Positions 1-11,625 of a DNA stretch of 64,000 nucleotides are shown here, one piece after another. The stretch spans positions 3,100,001 to 3,164,000 of the forward strand of contig OX337232.1 in NCBI GenBank assembly GCA_946965045.2, in the 5' to 3' direction. A model generated the notes under the pieces. It did no database searches. It saw nothing but the letters and a program-made list of their open reading frames with translations, and was not told where the DNA came from. Within the stretch, counting starts at the first letter, position 1, and every line of letters starts with the position of its first letter. The translations under genes were made by a program, and so were the position numbers. The stretch is from Epithemia pelagica (lineage: Eukaryota; Protista; Bacillariophyta).

Positions 1-471
1 AGTAATGACAGCGTACGGTTCCAATTTGTGGTTTCAATGGTTCGTTGTTGTGTTGCTTCTTTACTAGGGGGAGCGAAAAACCAAGAAGGAGAGAAGCCGT
101 TGATGATGATGACGAGAACGAGCAGCCCAAAAGGAGACGACGTGAATCTCTGTTTGTGTGTGATGATGATACAAAAGAAAATCCAAAAAAGATGCGAACC
201 GGCACCGACACGCTGTGTCGGTAAAATCTCTCGTTTCTGTCAGTGAGGGTGTCGGTAAAAGATAGTGGGAAAAGCGTCTCTAAGGCGACTGAGACGCGAT
301 GGATCTTTGGTCCACAGACGCGGCACAGAAAAAAAGATCGACCGACCATGGGCAACGGACGGCTGGTGGTTGGTTCGGTTCCGTGTGTATCTTAGAATCC
401 AAAAACAGCCACAACACGCTCCAGTGTCTCTCTCTTTGTCACTCGAGTGTGGAACCACCACAAACTCGAGC

Positions 472-2886
472 ATGGCACTGCAGCGTCGTGAGGGCCAGCA
501 CTGGGTTTGGAGTTTTGGAATTGTTGTTATTATATTTTTGGGGACGGTCGTGTGGCATCCATTGACGGTTGCTGGTTTTTGTGGTGGTGGTTCTAGATCG
601 CCGTTCTTCCTCCCAATCATGAGTTTCCGGATAACGACGGCAAGAAGAATCGGCATGCGCGTCCGTGGTGTGTGGAATGGTGGTGACCGCGTGTCACCAT
701 CTACCCTGACTGCCTTTCACAACAACCACCACCACAACAACAACAACAACAAGGCCCGTGACAATCTTCCTTGGCAAACCTCTGGTGGAGTAGCAGCAGC
801 AGCATCCGTTGCCACCTCGGGTTCTGCTTCGTCCTCCTTTTCCTCCACCTCCTCCTCGTTTCTCAATGACGCAAACAACAACAACAACAACAAGAGTCCA
901 AAAGATGGTACGGTGGACACAGACACATCATCGTCCGACTCTTCTTCTTTGTCTTCTTCCAAGTGGTCTGGTTGGGTGTCGGAATTGCACCACGTGTACC
1001 AGACACTCGGAACCGATGGAGTTCGTCATTGGGTCCACGACCAGCGTGCCCATGAGGAATTGTCCCCCGGGGAGATTGTGGCCTTGGCGCATGCGGCCGC
1101 TCCTCCGGGACAATTGGGCACGGCCGCCAGTATCCTCAATGCCTGGATTGCCTCGTATTATCGCAACGACAATCCTCTAAAAACAGACAAGCTGTGTGAG
1201 AATATCCACGTCAATGAAAGCCATCCTCATCCAGCCTTGGCCTTGTATGAGGCGTGGCATCAACAGGCTGCCAAGAGCCATGCGTCCGCATCTCCTTCTT
1301 CTGTGGCGCCAAAGCATGCGGGTTCATCGTCCAAAGGCTCCCCCAAACAATCGACCAAATCCTCCTCCCTTCAACAACAACCACAACCACATCTAGAAGG
1401 TTCTTGTTGTCGTCCCGATCTCTTGACGTATGCCTTGACCTATGCCGTCTTGACGGGCGGACCGCCCACAAAAATGACACTCGACGAATCATCCTTGGAA
1501 GGACCACCACCCAACCCACATGCCGTTGCCGCCCAACACGTTTTGGAACAAGGCTTGCAGTGGAGCAAGAAAATGGCCACTACCAAACAGCATCGCAAAG
1601 CCATTGCCGCGGCGTTACGACACGAACAACAACAACGACAAGACGCCATTAATAACAACACCAAGAAACAGGGCAAGGGACAGAAAAGAAGCACGACACC
1701 ATCGACTGCATCTCCACCACTGACTGTGAAGGATCACGTCTCGAAAATTCAAAGCTTGTTGCAAAACAACGAATTTGACGTGTTGGCGGAAACCAATGAC
1801 TGGGTGGTGGTGTACAAACCCGCCGGTGTCGTGTGTCTGCACCAATCGAACCACCCAGCAGACGACACAAGTCTGGTAGAGGCCCTGGTGCAGTGTCACA
1901 TTGCCTTGTCGACCCTCAATCCCGAAGCTCCCTGCTTGGTTCATCGATTGGATCGGGGAACGTCGGGATGTTTGTTCTTGGCCAAGACCAATCCCACCCA
2001 TGCCTGGGCCATTGCGGAATGGTATTGTCGCCACACGTCCAAAACCTATCACACCTTGGGAGTCCCAATAACCTCGTCCTGGTCGACACCACCACAACCA
2101 CCGAGTACCACCAGCACCACTGGCGACAACCAGGACGATTCACACTCTTTATCACCATCATCTCCGAAACAACCACCACATACCAATCATGACGACGAAT
2201 GGGTCGTGGTAGACTTGCCCGTCGATCAACGACCGGCCCAATCCGCCTATCGTCTGGTGCAAGACTTTGTCGTGTCGGTACCCCAAAACAGGGACCATTC
2301 CCCGACAACAAAGAGCAAGCACCACGCAACGACCGATTCGTGCTCCAGCCCAACACGGGAGACTAGGGCTGCGAATGACGATGACGACACACGCAGTAGT
2401 ACCATTGTTCGAGCAACCTGGATGGAATGGAAGACCTTTACCGGTCGCAAACATCAAGTACGAGTGCATGCGGCCGACGGAGTACAGGCACCCGTCTTGC
2501 TCGATCCCTTGTACGGTCCTGCATCTCGGAACAAACAGGGTCGTCACAACAACAACAAAAAGGAGGACAACAAGGATGCTCACACTGCATTGGCACACTG
2601 GTTGAGCTTGTCTTCTTCTTTGGATCACGACAGCAACCACAAGAGCAAACGAAAGAAAAAAGGTTCTTCATCACCACGCGATGAACGCTTCTTTTTGCAT
2701 GCCTCCCACTTGTCCGTTCCAGCCTTTGGGATTCAGGTCCAGGCTCCGACACCACCGTCGTGGTGGCAACCCGCCTTGCATCAACTGCGACAACACAATC
2801 AACTCGGCACGAACGAACCGGACGACGACGACGACCAAAACGACAATCCGACCACCACGACTCACGAAGGAGACGACGGATCCTGA
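472..2886 (+). CDS. RluA-family pseudouridine synthase with long low-complexity N-terminal extension
   Basis: Motifs VVYKPAGV, VHRLDRGTSG (catalytic Asp), TGRKHQVRVH, PVLLDPLYG and FLHASHL occur in order. Start is uncertain (ATG at 472 or 619; the ORF track starts at a non-ATG codon at 265). Confidence 0.9.
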   Translation: MALQRREGQHWVWSFGIVVIIFLGTVVWHPLTVAGFCGGGSRSPFFLPIMSFRITTARRIGMRVRGVWNGGDRVSPSTLTAFHNNHHHNNNNNKARDNLPWQTSGGVAAAASVATSGSASSSFSSTSSSFLNDANNNNNNKSPKDGTVDTDTSSSDSSSLSSSKWSGWVSELHHVYQTLGTDGVRHWVHDQRAHEELSPGEIVALAHAAAPPGQLGTAASILNAWIASYYRNDNPLKTDKLCENIHVNESHPHPALALYEAWHQQAAKSHASASPSSVAPKHAGSSSKGSPKQSTKSSSLQQQPQPHLEGSCCRPDLLTYALTYAVLTGGPPTKMTLDESSLEGPPPNPHAVAAQHVLEQGLQWSKKMATTKQHRKAIAAALRHEQQQRQDAINNNTKKQGKGQKRSTTPSTASPPLTVKDHVSKIQSLLQNNEFDVLAETNDWVVVYKPAGVVCLHQSNHPADDTSLVEALVQCHIALSTLNPEAPCLVHRLDRGTSGCLFLAKTNPTHAWAIAEWYCRHTSKTYHTLGVPITSSWSTPPQPPSTTSTTGDNQDDSHSLSPSSPKQPPHTNHDDEWVVVDLPVDQRPAQSAYRLVQDFVVSVPQNRDHSPTTKSKHHATTDSCSSPTRETRAANDDDDTRSSTIVRATWMEWKTFTGRKHQVRVHAADGVQAPVLLDPLYGPASRNKQGRHNNNKKEDNKDAHTALAHWLSLSSSLDHDSNHKSKRKKKGSSSPRDERFFLHASHLSVPAFGIQVQAPTPPSWWQPALHQLRQHNQLGTNEPDDDDDQNDNPTTTTHEGDDGS

Positions 2887-3889
2887 AAGATACATCACCT
2901 ATCAACGCTATTAGTGCAACAATGACTACCTATTATACACAAAGCAGCTTTGAAGGACAATGACATAGAGGATGAAGGTGGACCATCCCATGCTTCTCAA
3001 CTACCGTTGTCTCATCATACAGAAACAGCGTGGAGGCGAGATGGATCCTCTTTCCATGGCAACGACGTGAGTTCCTATGGAAGTGCTCATGAATGGGGTC
3101 TTTTGTTTGGTCTGGTTGTCGATGTGGCTTCAACATGCACGAGCAAAGTCAGACTTCCTACTATTAGACATACTAGTAATTTGTTGATTTCACCTTGTTG
3201 AATGTTTTTTCTAGCCTTCTTCTGTTCAAGACATCCTTTATGCTTGGAGTTTGTAGAAGAGTAAATTTCCATTTTACCATTTTACCAAGGATTCTTGCTT
3301 TCGGGATACGATCTTTTGGGCCGAGTGTTGCATGTCTTTGGATGAGAGCTATTTCAAAAAAAAAAGAAACAATCTCCTTGCGGACGGCTCATCCAAAGTC
3401 TCGGAGGCTCACATGCCATCAACACAAATCCTGTAACGGTCCTCCTGATCGGTGAAGAAACTGATCCAGTGTGCGGGCGAACATATTGCTCTCCACAAAA
3501 GAACTTCTTCTTCGCCCCGATGGAACCTGGAGAAAGGAAGGTTCTCTCCAACATTTGGTCTCCTTCATGGGATTGTTGTGTCGTACCTTTCCGTGCCTTT
3601 ACCGAGGCTAAGTACCATAGTTCCGAATTGGGACGACAGCAAGCCACGTAAAGCAAAAGCAAGGTGAAAAAGGATTGTGTGTGAACAGTGGATAGCATTT
3701 GGGGGATTGGATGGATGCAAGCGCGGAACAACGTTTTGGAGCATTCGAACAGATTCTTGCAGTCGCTTTCGGGGAAATCATGATATGATTCTTTTAGGGA
3801 ACAGTACGTTACCCTCAGAGATTCACGATTTTGGAGTTGTCGATTTCAGGAGCGCTGGCTTCGAAGTGAGGATCAACAAAAGATTAATC

Positions 3890-4828
3890 TCACGGCAAAT
3901 TGTCTTTCGTTTGATGCTCTTGTGGTGGTTGTGTCTTGTCGCTGTTGTCCGAGCATGGTGCGGCCGCACTCGTCGTAGGTCCCAAGGTCGAGGAGGGAAG
4001 AAGAACGGCCAGGTATCCATTGAGCAAGGGATCTTGCGTCAAGACGGTGGGTGTCAAGGACGAATTCACTTCGAGAATGGTGCCCCAGATACCCGCGTAC
4101 AAGGGGACCATGATGGTAGTGGACGACGAATCCTTGTCATCCTGCTGGTTGGCTGGTCCAATCCCAATACGAGCCAAGACGGTGGTGGGTTGTACCATGC
4201 CGGGTGGCAATTGGGTATCGTATTTTCCTCCTCCTTGTTTGAATTGCTTTTGTTGTTGTTTTTGCAATTTGCTTTGGTGTTTTCGTTTTTGACTGGCACT
4301 TTGGTTCGCCACCGGGGCGGCCGATTGACACCATTCAATGGATTGAATGGCCATCCTGACGGAATGATTGGTGTGTTGTGGTGGTGGCGGTCGTTGGAGA
4401 GCCTGCGCAATGCGAGCTCCGGCCGTGACCAGGACCAATCCATTGGCATGTTGATGAAGGACTTGCGATGACGAATCCTCCTCCTCCGGATTGTCCACAG
4501 TCTGGTGGTTGTTGTCGTTCTTGTTGTCGTTTGTCGTTGTACCGAGCGTCGTGGAACAAGAAGAAGAAGAAGCCTCCAAGGATGATGGAAGGTGAACCCG
4601 ATAGGATTCTTGAAAAAAGGAATGCGGTGTCCCCGGACGTCCCGAGGAAGAAATGGGACTGTAGTACGCATCTACGTGATGTGCTGGTGCTGGTACTGAT
4701 TTCGTGGAATCCTCCTTGGTTGGGTCGTCGGGGTCCAATCGTGGTCGTTTGCGATTTGTGGAGAAAGGATTGGTGGGAGAAGGAGGAGGAGCCGCGGCAT
4801 TTGGTTCGTTGGTTTCTTCCTCCTTCAT
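3890..4828 (-). CDS. ABITRAM/FAM206A (Simiate)-like protein, glycine-cleavage-H-like fold
   Basis: VLHQHANGLVLVT ... VQPTTVLARI ... LYAGIWGTILEVN ... LTQDPLLNGYLAVLLP matches the FAM206A/GCV-H-like pattern. Confidence 0.7.
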   Translation of the reverse strand: MKEEETNEPNAAAPPPSPTNPFSTNRKRPRLDPDDPTKEDSTKSVPAPAHHVDAYYSPISSSGRPGTPHSFFQESYRVHLPSSLEASSSSCSTTLGTTTNDNKNDNNHQTVDNPEEEDSSSQVLHQHANGLVLVTAGARIAQALQRPPPPQHTNHSVRMAIQSIEWCQSAAPVANQSASQKRKHQSKLQKQQQKQFKQGGGKYDTQLPPGMVQPTTVLARIGIGPANQQDDKDSSSTTIMVPLYAGIWGTILEVNSSLTPTVLTQDPLLNGYLAVLLPSSTLGPTTSAAAPCSDNSDKTQPPQEHQTKDNLP

Positions 4829-5269
4829 GGTTTGTCACGGTCGTCCTTTTTTCGTTCTTGTTCTACTTGGAAGAATGCAACGACGAGAAGAGCGTCAAGA
4901 GATCTCCTCACGACAGGAGAGAGAGAGAGAGAGAGAGACTACCAAGACGAGAGAGATGTCGTCGTTATGGCAAAATGTCTTTTTGTTGTAGTGTCATGCA
5001 AACAATTGCGCTTCAGCGTTCCAAAATAAATATTAGTATTTTTCTCTTTCAATTATTAATGTATGGAGAGATGGGTTGTGAGAGTCACGTTTGGCGGTCG
5101 CGGAGTTCGGCCATCCAGGAACCACACACACCATTCGTTCCATGGATCCATCGTCGACGACTCGTCCTCCTCTTTGAATATACCACCATTGCCACTGAAC
5201 GCACGATCCAAACAACCGCAGACGTGTGTGATTGTTGGGAGCCACACTGAAAGCTGCGGCGCTGCGCGA

Positions 5270-7072
5270 ATGATTGGACGACTGCTTCTGGTCGTTTGGG
5301 GGACAACCACAACCACAAGGACAACCCTTTCGTTCAACGTTCCACAAAACATCCTCACTGGACGACAACCGTTTGTGCGTGCCGCATTTGGTTCGACGTT
5401 GATACCCAATATCCGTAGAAGCAGCAATTCCAATTGGTTTCGTCCGAGCAGTTGGCAATCATTGTTATTTCTTCCAAGAGCCGGCACGTTTGCAACAAGA
5501 CCAGGACCGGATTCGTGCCTCCCAACAAGAACCACCACATCCCTGGCTTGCACAGCAAGCGGAACCACTGTTGCTGCAGCAGCCAACGAATCGTTTGTCA
5601 CTTCTTCTGCTTCTTCTTTTTCATTTCGCCGCCGTACCAACCACACCCTTGTCATGTCGTCGTCGTCGTCATCGTCGTCGACCAGTGGCGGTGCTCGTCG
5701 CGTGGGTCTGTCGGACTTGGAGGCGTGTGGGGCCCGATTGCGGGCCGGCGACTTGGTGGCCTTTCCGACGGAAACCGTCTATGGATTGGGTGGTCATGCC
5801 TTGTCCGAGACGGCCTGTCGCAAAATTTTTGCCGCCAAGGAACGACCCTTGACGGATCCCCTCATTGTCCATGTGCACGACCCTTTGACGGCTCTGGGCC
5901 TCTGGGCGTCGACCCGCGTCAACACGATCGCAGAGGAGGAGACGACTACGACCCAGGACACTTCCACCACCCAACCTTCAGTACCAACCAACGACGACGA
6001 TTCTTTGGAAGCTTCCATTTTGCAGTACTTGTGTGACGCATTTTGGCCCGGTCCCTTGACGATTGTGGCTCGCGCGGCACGGGGGCAAGTTCCCGATGTG
6101 GTCATGGCCGGGACGGGCTTTGTGGCCTGTCGAAGTCCCCGTCACCCAGTCGCCCGTGCACTGTTGCAAGCCGCTCAAGTCCCCATTGCCGCTCCCAGTG
6201 CCAACAAGTTTGGTCACGTGTCACCCACCACGGCGCAACATGTCTGGGATGATTTGCAACACGAAGCGTCCGTCTGGATTTTGGATCCGGATCAGCAGTC
6301 TGTGGAGACTGCTAATAGTTGCGATTCCTCCAATCCAGCAATGGACACCGTGCCTCCCGCACCGCAACAACAACAAGAACAACAACAGGTGGGCGTGGAA
6401 AGTTCGGTGGTCAAACTGGAAATGGTTCCACCCCCCGACAATGACAATCATAAAAACCAATTACCGGTGGCGCGCTTGACCATGTTGCGACAGGGTGCCA
6501 TTTCCGCGGGGCAATTGCAAGACGCCTTGCACCAGCATGCTGCCACTGCCACTACAAACAATTGGACTATGGATCGCATTGAAGTAGTGGCCCAAACCCA
6601 AGCCATGTTGTCTCAACACGTGTCGGCCGTGAGTCCTGGACAAACGCTGCGTCATTACTCGCCGCATGTGCCGAGCTTTCTCGTGTCGGCTCAGTGTCAA
6701 CCATCCCGCAATCACGACAATGACACGGACGACAGCACTCTCTCGGCGGCAGACCAGGACATTTTGCAAACGGCCGTTGTGATTGATTATGGCCAAGCCT
6801 TGGGGTCGTGGAAATCCGTGGCCTTGGCCTATCGCGATTTGAGTCCCAGCCGCAGTGCGACGCAGGCCGCCCAATCCATTTACGATACCTTGCGATGGGC
6901 CGAACAAGTTCCGGGGGCGGTGCGCATCTTGTTTCCCATGCTCACTGCAAAGGACGACAATGATGAGGACGATGAACCCACCAAGGCCTTGTTGGGAGCC
7001 GTCCAAGATCGATTGACCCGAGCGGCCAGTGGCAAGGTCGTGGATCAACTGAATCAGGCCGTCTTGCCATGA
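5270..7072 (+). CDS. SUA5: Threonylcarbamoyl-AMP synthase (YrdC + Sua5 C-terminal domain)
   Basis: GDLVAFPTETVYGLG, FAAKERPLTDPLIVHV, FWPGPLT, IAAPSANKFGHVSPTTAQHV, GVESSVV, SPGQTLRHYSP. Start is ATG 5270 (with presequence) or 5654. Confidence 0.93.
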   Translation: MIGRLLLVVWGTTTTTRTTLSFNVPQNILTGRQPFVRAAFGSTLIPNIRRSSNSNWFRPSSWQSLLFLPRAGTFATRPGPDSCLPTRTTTSLACTASGTTVAAAANESFVTSSASSFSFRRRTNHTLVMSSSSSSSSTSGGARRVGLSDLEACGARLRAGDLVAFPTETVYGLGGHALSETACRKIFAAKERPLTDPLIVHVHDPLTALGLWASTRVNTIAEEETTTTQDTSTTQPSVPTNDDDSLEASILQYLCDAFWPGPLTIVARAARGQVPDVVMAGTGFVACRSPRHPVARALLQAAQVPIAAPSANKFGHVSPTTAQHVWDDLQHEASVWILDPDQQSVETANSCDSSNPAMDTVPPAPQQQQEQQQVGVESSVVKLEMVPPPDNDNHKNQLPVARLTMLRQGAISAGQLQDALHQHAATATTNNWTMDRIEVVAQTQAMLSQHVSAVSPGQTLRHYSPHVPSFLVSAQCQPSRNHDNDTDDSTLSAADQDILQTAVVIDYGQALGSWKSVALAYRDLSPSRSATQAAQSIYDTLRWAEQVPGAVRILFPMLTAKDDNDEDDEPTKALLGAVQDRLTRAASGKVVDQLNQAVLP

Positions 7073-7607
7073 CCAACCAAAAAAAGACCAGCAAGAGACT
7101 ACAACCTATAGTGTGTCCACCCAAAGCAAATGGACAGTTTGCCCAATCTGCAACACATTGGTTCTGCCGAGCACTATCCTCAACTCATCCTGGAACGTTT
7201 GGATGCCTTGTTGGGATGTACACGGCACGAACCAACGTTTGGAGTACCCCGCTCCTTCCCTCACTGGGAATAACGACATTGTAGCATAAAACTACTAGAA
7301 CCGGGTCAATGTAAAAAAAGAAAAAGACAAGTGTTGTAGAATCCATCCTGTGCGGCAGTGTCAGGGACGTGTGTGTTGTACAAGGATGAACCATGGGTCT
7401 GTCTATATATATAGATATTGTATAGAGGTATGGAGGATGGCGGCGACGCCGAACAAAGGTTTCCTATACCCACAGTGGAGTTTGGATGCTCTGCTACCAT
7501 CTCATCAAAGTTTGTATCGTCACAAAGCGTCCAGGAGTTTAAACCAAGTCACGACAAAACGGCGTCTACCACAGTCTCCTGTACAAAAGATTCATTCCTC
7601 CACCCAA

Positions 7608-8861
7608 TCACTTTTCACATCGAATCACCACACACGAGGGCGCCAGGACTTCAATGTTGATCTTGTTCGAGGCAAAGCCTCCTTGTTCCATCAAGTCTCG
7701 CAATTGTTGGACCGAGCCAAAGTATTGAAAGGCTTGTCGGGAGGGTCCCGTCGAGCCGCCTTCGCTCAGATTCGAGGCGCGAAAATAATCGGACAAGAAC
7801 GTCGTGGCCAAGTACCGTCCCCCCGGTTTGAGGACACGATAAATTTCCGACGCGGCCGCGGGCAAATCGGGCCAACAATGCATGGCCGCACCGGCATGCA
7901 AGGCATCGACCGAAGCCGTTTGCATGGGAATTTGACCGACATCCAAGCGGACCAAATCGAGACGACACGACGACGACGACGTGTCCTTCCCTTGACCAAG
8001 AATTGGGTCGGCTTGAATGCGGCGACGAGCTTCTTGCAACATGGAGGCCGAATAATCGCAGCCCAAGACTCGTTGGTACTTGCCACTCTTGGCAAAGCGA
8101 CGGGTAAAGAGACCCGTGGCACACGACATGTCCACCAACACTTGCGTGTCCATGGATCGAGCCATGGACGGCTCAAAGTAGTCCATGGCCATACGTGCTT
8201 CTTCATCCTCACCGGGGAATCCGGCTCGTTGAAAACTTTGACGCCACCCCCGTTCGTAGGCATAACTGACGGACGGCGAGGTAAACAAGTCCCGCATGGG
8301 AACGTAATCGTCCGCCACCAAAATACCGGCCGTGGCCAAGGGCGATCGTAAGGGAGGTGGAATCAGAGGTACCAAATTCTTCCAAAATTCTTGTCGTCGT
8401 TGTCGTTCTTGTGAATTGGATTCGGATAAAGAATCACTCGTCTCGTCTTGTTCTGACACGGGTTCCAATAGATTCAAAAAGGTATTGGAAGAACCCTTGT
8501 ACACAGTGGTACTGTTTTCCGCTTGAAGGGTGTACGAAATGGGACGAGTTTGACGACCAGAGGAAGTCGCAAATAAGGTTCCAACCGTGGGTTTCAACAC
8601 TACCGCTTCTTTGGTCACGGGATCGGCCAACACGGTATCCGTCGTTGGTTCGGGATTGAGAATTCCCAACAAGAGTTTCTTTTGCTCGGCACGTTCTTTT
8701 TCTTGCACACTTGTCGTCGTTGTGCTGCTGGTCGGCTCGACCGTGTCCGTGGCGGCACTGGCGAGGCGTAACGATCTTGGAAGGGCTTGTCCCTCGGTCG
8801 GAACCTGCACAAAGGCCGCTGAGCATGGTCCGACCAAAGCAAGGAGCACAATGTTTATCAT
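7608..8861 (-). CDS. SAM-dependent methyltransferase (Methyltransf_11, At2g41040-like), predicted plastid-targeted
   Basis: SPSVSYAYERGWRQSF, LVDMSCATGLFTRRF, VLGCDYSASML, DALHAGAAMHCWP, YRVLKPGG; signal peptide followed by SAA-F bipartite motif. Confidence 0.88.
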   Translation of the reverse strand: MINIVLLALVGPCSAAFVQVPTEGQALPRSLRLASAATDTVEPTSSTTTTSVQEKERAEQKKLLLGILNPEPTTDTVLADPVTKEAVVLKPTVGTLFATSSGRQTRPISYTLQAENSTTVYKGSSNTFLNLLEPVSEQDETSDSLSESNSQERQRRQEFWKNLVPLIPPPLRSPLATAGILVADDYVPMRDLFTSPSVSYAYERGWRQSFQRAGFPGEDEEARMAMDYFEPSMARSMDTQVLVDMSCATGLFTRRFAKSGKYQRVLGCDYSASMLQEARRRIQADPILGQGKDTSSSSCRLDLVRLDVGQIPMQTASVDALHAGAAMHCWPDLPAAASEIYRVLKPGGRYLATTFLSDYFRASNLSEGGSTGPSRQAFQYFGSVQQLRDLMEQGGFASNKINIEVLAPSCVVIRCEK

Positions 8862-9108
8862 TATGGAGAGACCTTGTCAACTACTTGGATTGGATTGTCG
8901 TTGTGTGGTCTTGAATTCTGCGCTCATCATTGCTAAGATCTTGTTTCTCTTTGTCGAAAACAGGGAATGAGTCAGACATGGGTAGATTAGTATCATTCGC
9001 TCATGAGTAGTCTTTAGGTCACCTTCAATTCGGGAATAACTCTACCCAAGACCTAAATAGTAGTCACATAAAAATCCCAGCTGCTCCTTGGTCAGTTCTA
9101 TTCTTTTT

Positions 9109-9388
9109 TCATGGTGTTGTCTTTCTGACTTTTTCTCGCTTGCGTCGTCCTTCTGTGTTCAGATCCTCACGATGGTGGATGCTGTTGTTGTTGAATGTGT
9201 AAGAAGGACAAAAAAGACAAAAGGGACACAACAAGAAACAAAGAGAGGATCCTTCCCCTCATGTTGTTGTTGTCTTTTGCTGACTTTTTCTCGCTTGCGT
9301 CGTTCTTCTTTTCAGATCCTCACCGTTGGCGGATGCTGCTGTTGTTGAATGTAAGAATGACAAAAACAGACACAAGGGACACAACAAT
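9109..9388. repeat. Diverged tandem duplication, two ~125-bp copies about 155 bp apart
   Basis: ctgactttttctcgcttgcgtcgt...tcagatcctcac...gtggatgctg...gggacacaacaa occurs at ~9125-9233 and ~9280-9388. Confidence 0.85.
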
Positions 9389-11099
9389 ATAGGAGATCCA
9401 AAAATAATTTGTGGGTACGGGCAACAACAAGAGGCGTAAGGCGCAACCCTCCTCCGGCGGATACCTAGAGGAAAAGTGTGCATCGTGATTTGTGTGGTGT
9501 GATGTCGACAATGCACAACGCGCATCATGAGAAAGATGCTTTCGACACCACCTGCACAATGCACGAGACAACCGACACGGCCAAACCATTCGTCACCATC
9601 TGGCACAATATCCATCATCCATACTACAAAACATCAATCCAGATGCTCTATATTATGTTATATTTCGCCTGTTGCTCCACTTGGCAGGGACGTTACACGC
9701 TGTTGTACTTCGTAGTTTGTAGTTTACTGTCCTAAGATGAGGCGCTTACTCTCCTAAGATGTCGTCGCCTGTTTGATTTTATTCACAGACAAGCAAGTCT
9801 TAAGATGGTCCCGATTCCAGTCAATAATAACCTACAAAACAGAGGGACGAGTAACATAACAAGGATTTTAGTATAGTTGTTTGTTCACGTTTGCCTGCCA
9901 GTGAGTAAGGTGTCCTGATTCGGCAGTTGCTGTTGCATGCTCCAGGATGCTCAAAGTTCACATTCAGGCGATCCAGGAAATGACTACTTAACCAGACGTC
10001 GTTCCACACAATCTATCGCCACTTCTATATCTACAAGGAGGTCCAATCAAGAAAGGAACCAAAGTACAGACGAATACGCACTACAGTGGATTGAATTCCT
10101 ATATCAAGCGGACTCGAATGATATGCTGTTAAAGCGATAACTACTGGGTTTCTCCAGTCTCCGAGACATACAGATACTCCCCGCCTCAGCACTCAGCACT
10201 CAGCACTCACACCATCAAGTTCACGGATGACTAGATTGCTTCGTCTCACACAAGAACGAAACAACATTGACAAAGTTGACACCGTCAGACTCAACAAGGT
10301 AATACGACCATCTTTAGGGATGGATTAAAGATCTCATCTGCATGAGGGTCGACTGTTAGCCTCCCCTTGTCCAGGCCTTTTTGCTTGGAGTTCGGTATTG
10401 GTTCGGTTGGTTTGCTATTCACTTGCCCGAGCGATGAGCCTCTTCACTTTTTCTATGCGAAAACTGCATGAAGATGTCCAAGGGGCTTATATCCTAATCC
10501 CCCTGGATTCTGATAGGACTTTCAATACAGATTCTTACTGGTCCAAATTGCTCCAAAGTCTATTATTACTAGGTAGGTTCGAGTATGCCCTTCAATGTCT
10601 ATGTCATCCACACTCCACACTATTATACCTACACCGTCTATCGAATATAATGCCAAAAATGCCAATGCCTTTTTCCCTGGATCTATTGGGCTTGCCCATC
10701 CGAACTCTTTCTGTGTCGTGACTGGAACGACAACAAAAGCGCATCATGTAAAACTGAAAAACTAGGTAGACATTTCCGGAGATGAGAGAATCGGATGCTC
10801 TTCTTTCTATCTACAATACCTCATAACTCAACTCACTGGAACCTATTAGAGTGGCGTAAGTCATGACGTGTACCTTTCACTTTTTGTTGACGTGGCGAGA
10901 TCAACGAGACACAAAAGCCTTTGTCGTTGTCCTATGCCCGATGCCGTCTATTCATATCTCAACATGGAAGGGACCCGAAAAAGATGCTCCGATGAGAGCC
11001 GAGAGATTATCATCATTGGAAAAAGTTTCCCACGTTTTCAAAACTTTTGCATCCTGTCAAATTGGAGGCACCCGAGTCTAAAAATCAACAGTAAGAAAA

Positions 11100-11625
11100 A
11101 TGGCGCTTGTGGTAAAGTCATGGGGAGAAATCCAAAACATTCCCAACTATGAAGAAGTAGCTGGTGTCCTTTTGTTTCGAAAGTAAGTCAGTCTTTGCCT
11201 CGTGTCCAATGATGCAGTGTCCGATGTCCAGTTTCTAACTGCAACCTTTGTCTTTTAGAATTTTTGAGGTCGAACCGGGAGCTCAAGCATTGTTTGAGTT
11301 TGGCAACGGACATGCCCTTGGTGAAGAAGAACTCTACAAAGATCCAAGCTTTCTTTCTCATGCGAGAACAGTGATTCGAATGGTCAGCACGGCCATTGGC
11401 CTCTTGGAAAAAGGGGACATGGATTCTCTGATTGGGGCACTCAGGGACTTGGGAGCACGGCACGCGTCTTACAATGTGTCGCAAGAGCACTATCCAGTCG
11501 TTGGGGAAGCTCTGATAAAAACATTGGATGCAGCACTCGGGGAAGCCTTCACATCAGATGTAAGAGATGAATGGCTCAAAGTTGCCGATGTAATATTTAC
11601 CACAATGGCAACCACATGGGGCTAG
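11100..11625 (+). CDS. Single-domain globin (3/3 fold), 2 exons
   Basis: Exon 1 11100-11182 (MALVVKSWGEIQ..., A-helix SW); GTAAGT intron 11183-11258 with CTAAC branch site; exon 2 IFEVEPGAQALF (CD1 Phe) ... LGARHASYNV (proximal His F8) ... HYPVVGEALI ... W. Confidence 0.92.

Noticed and set aside
265-7072. Adjacent RNA-modification genes (RluA, SUA5) as a functional cluster
   Set aside because: Only two genes, separated by an unrelated gene; consistent with chance in a eukaryotic genome.
10380-10560. Minus-strand SPLDIFMQF...QTN resembling the piggyBac transposase N-terminus
   Set aside because: Very short, interrupted by stops, no DDD core or TTAA-flanked TIRs found.
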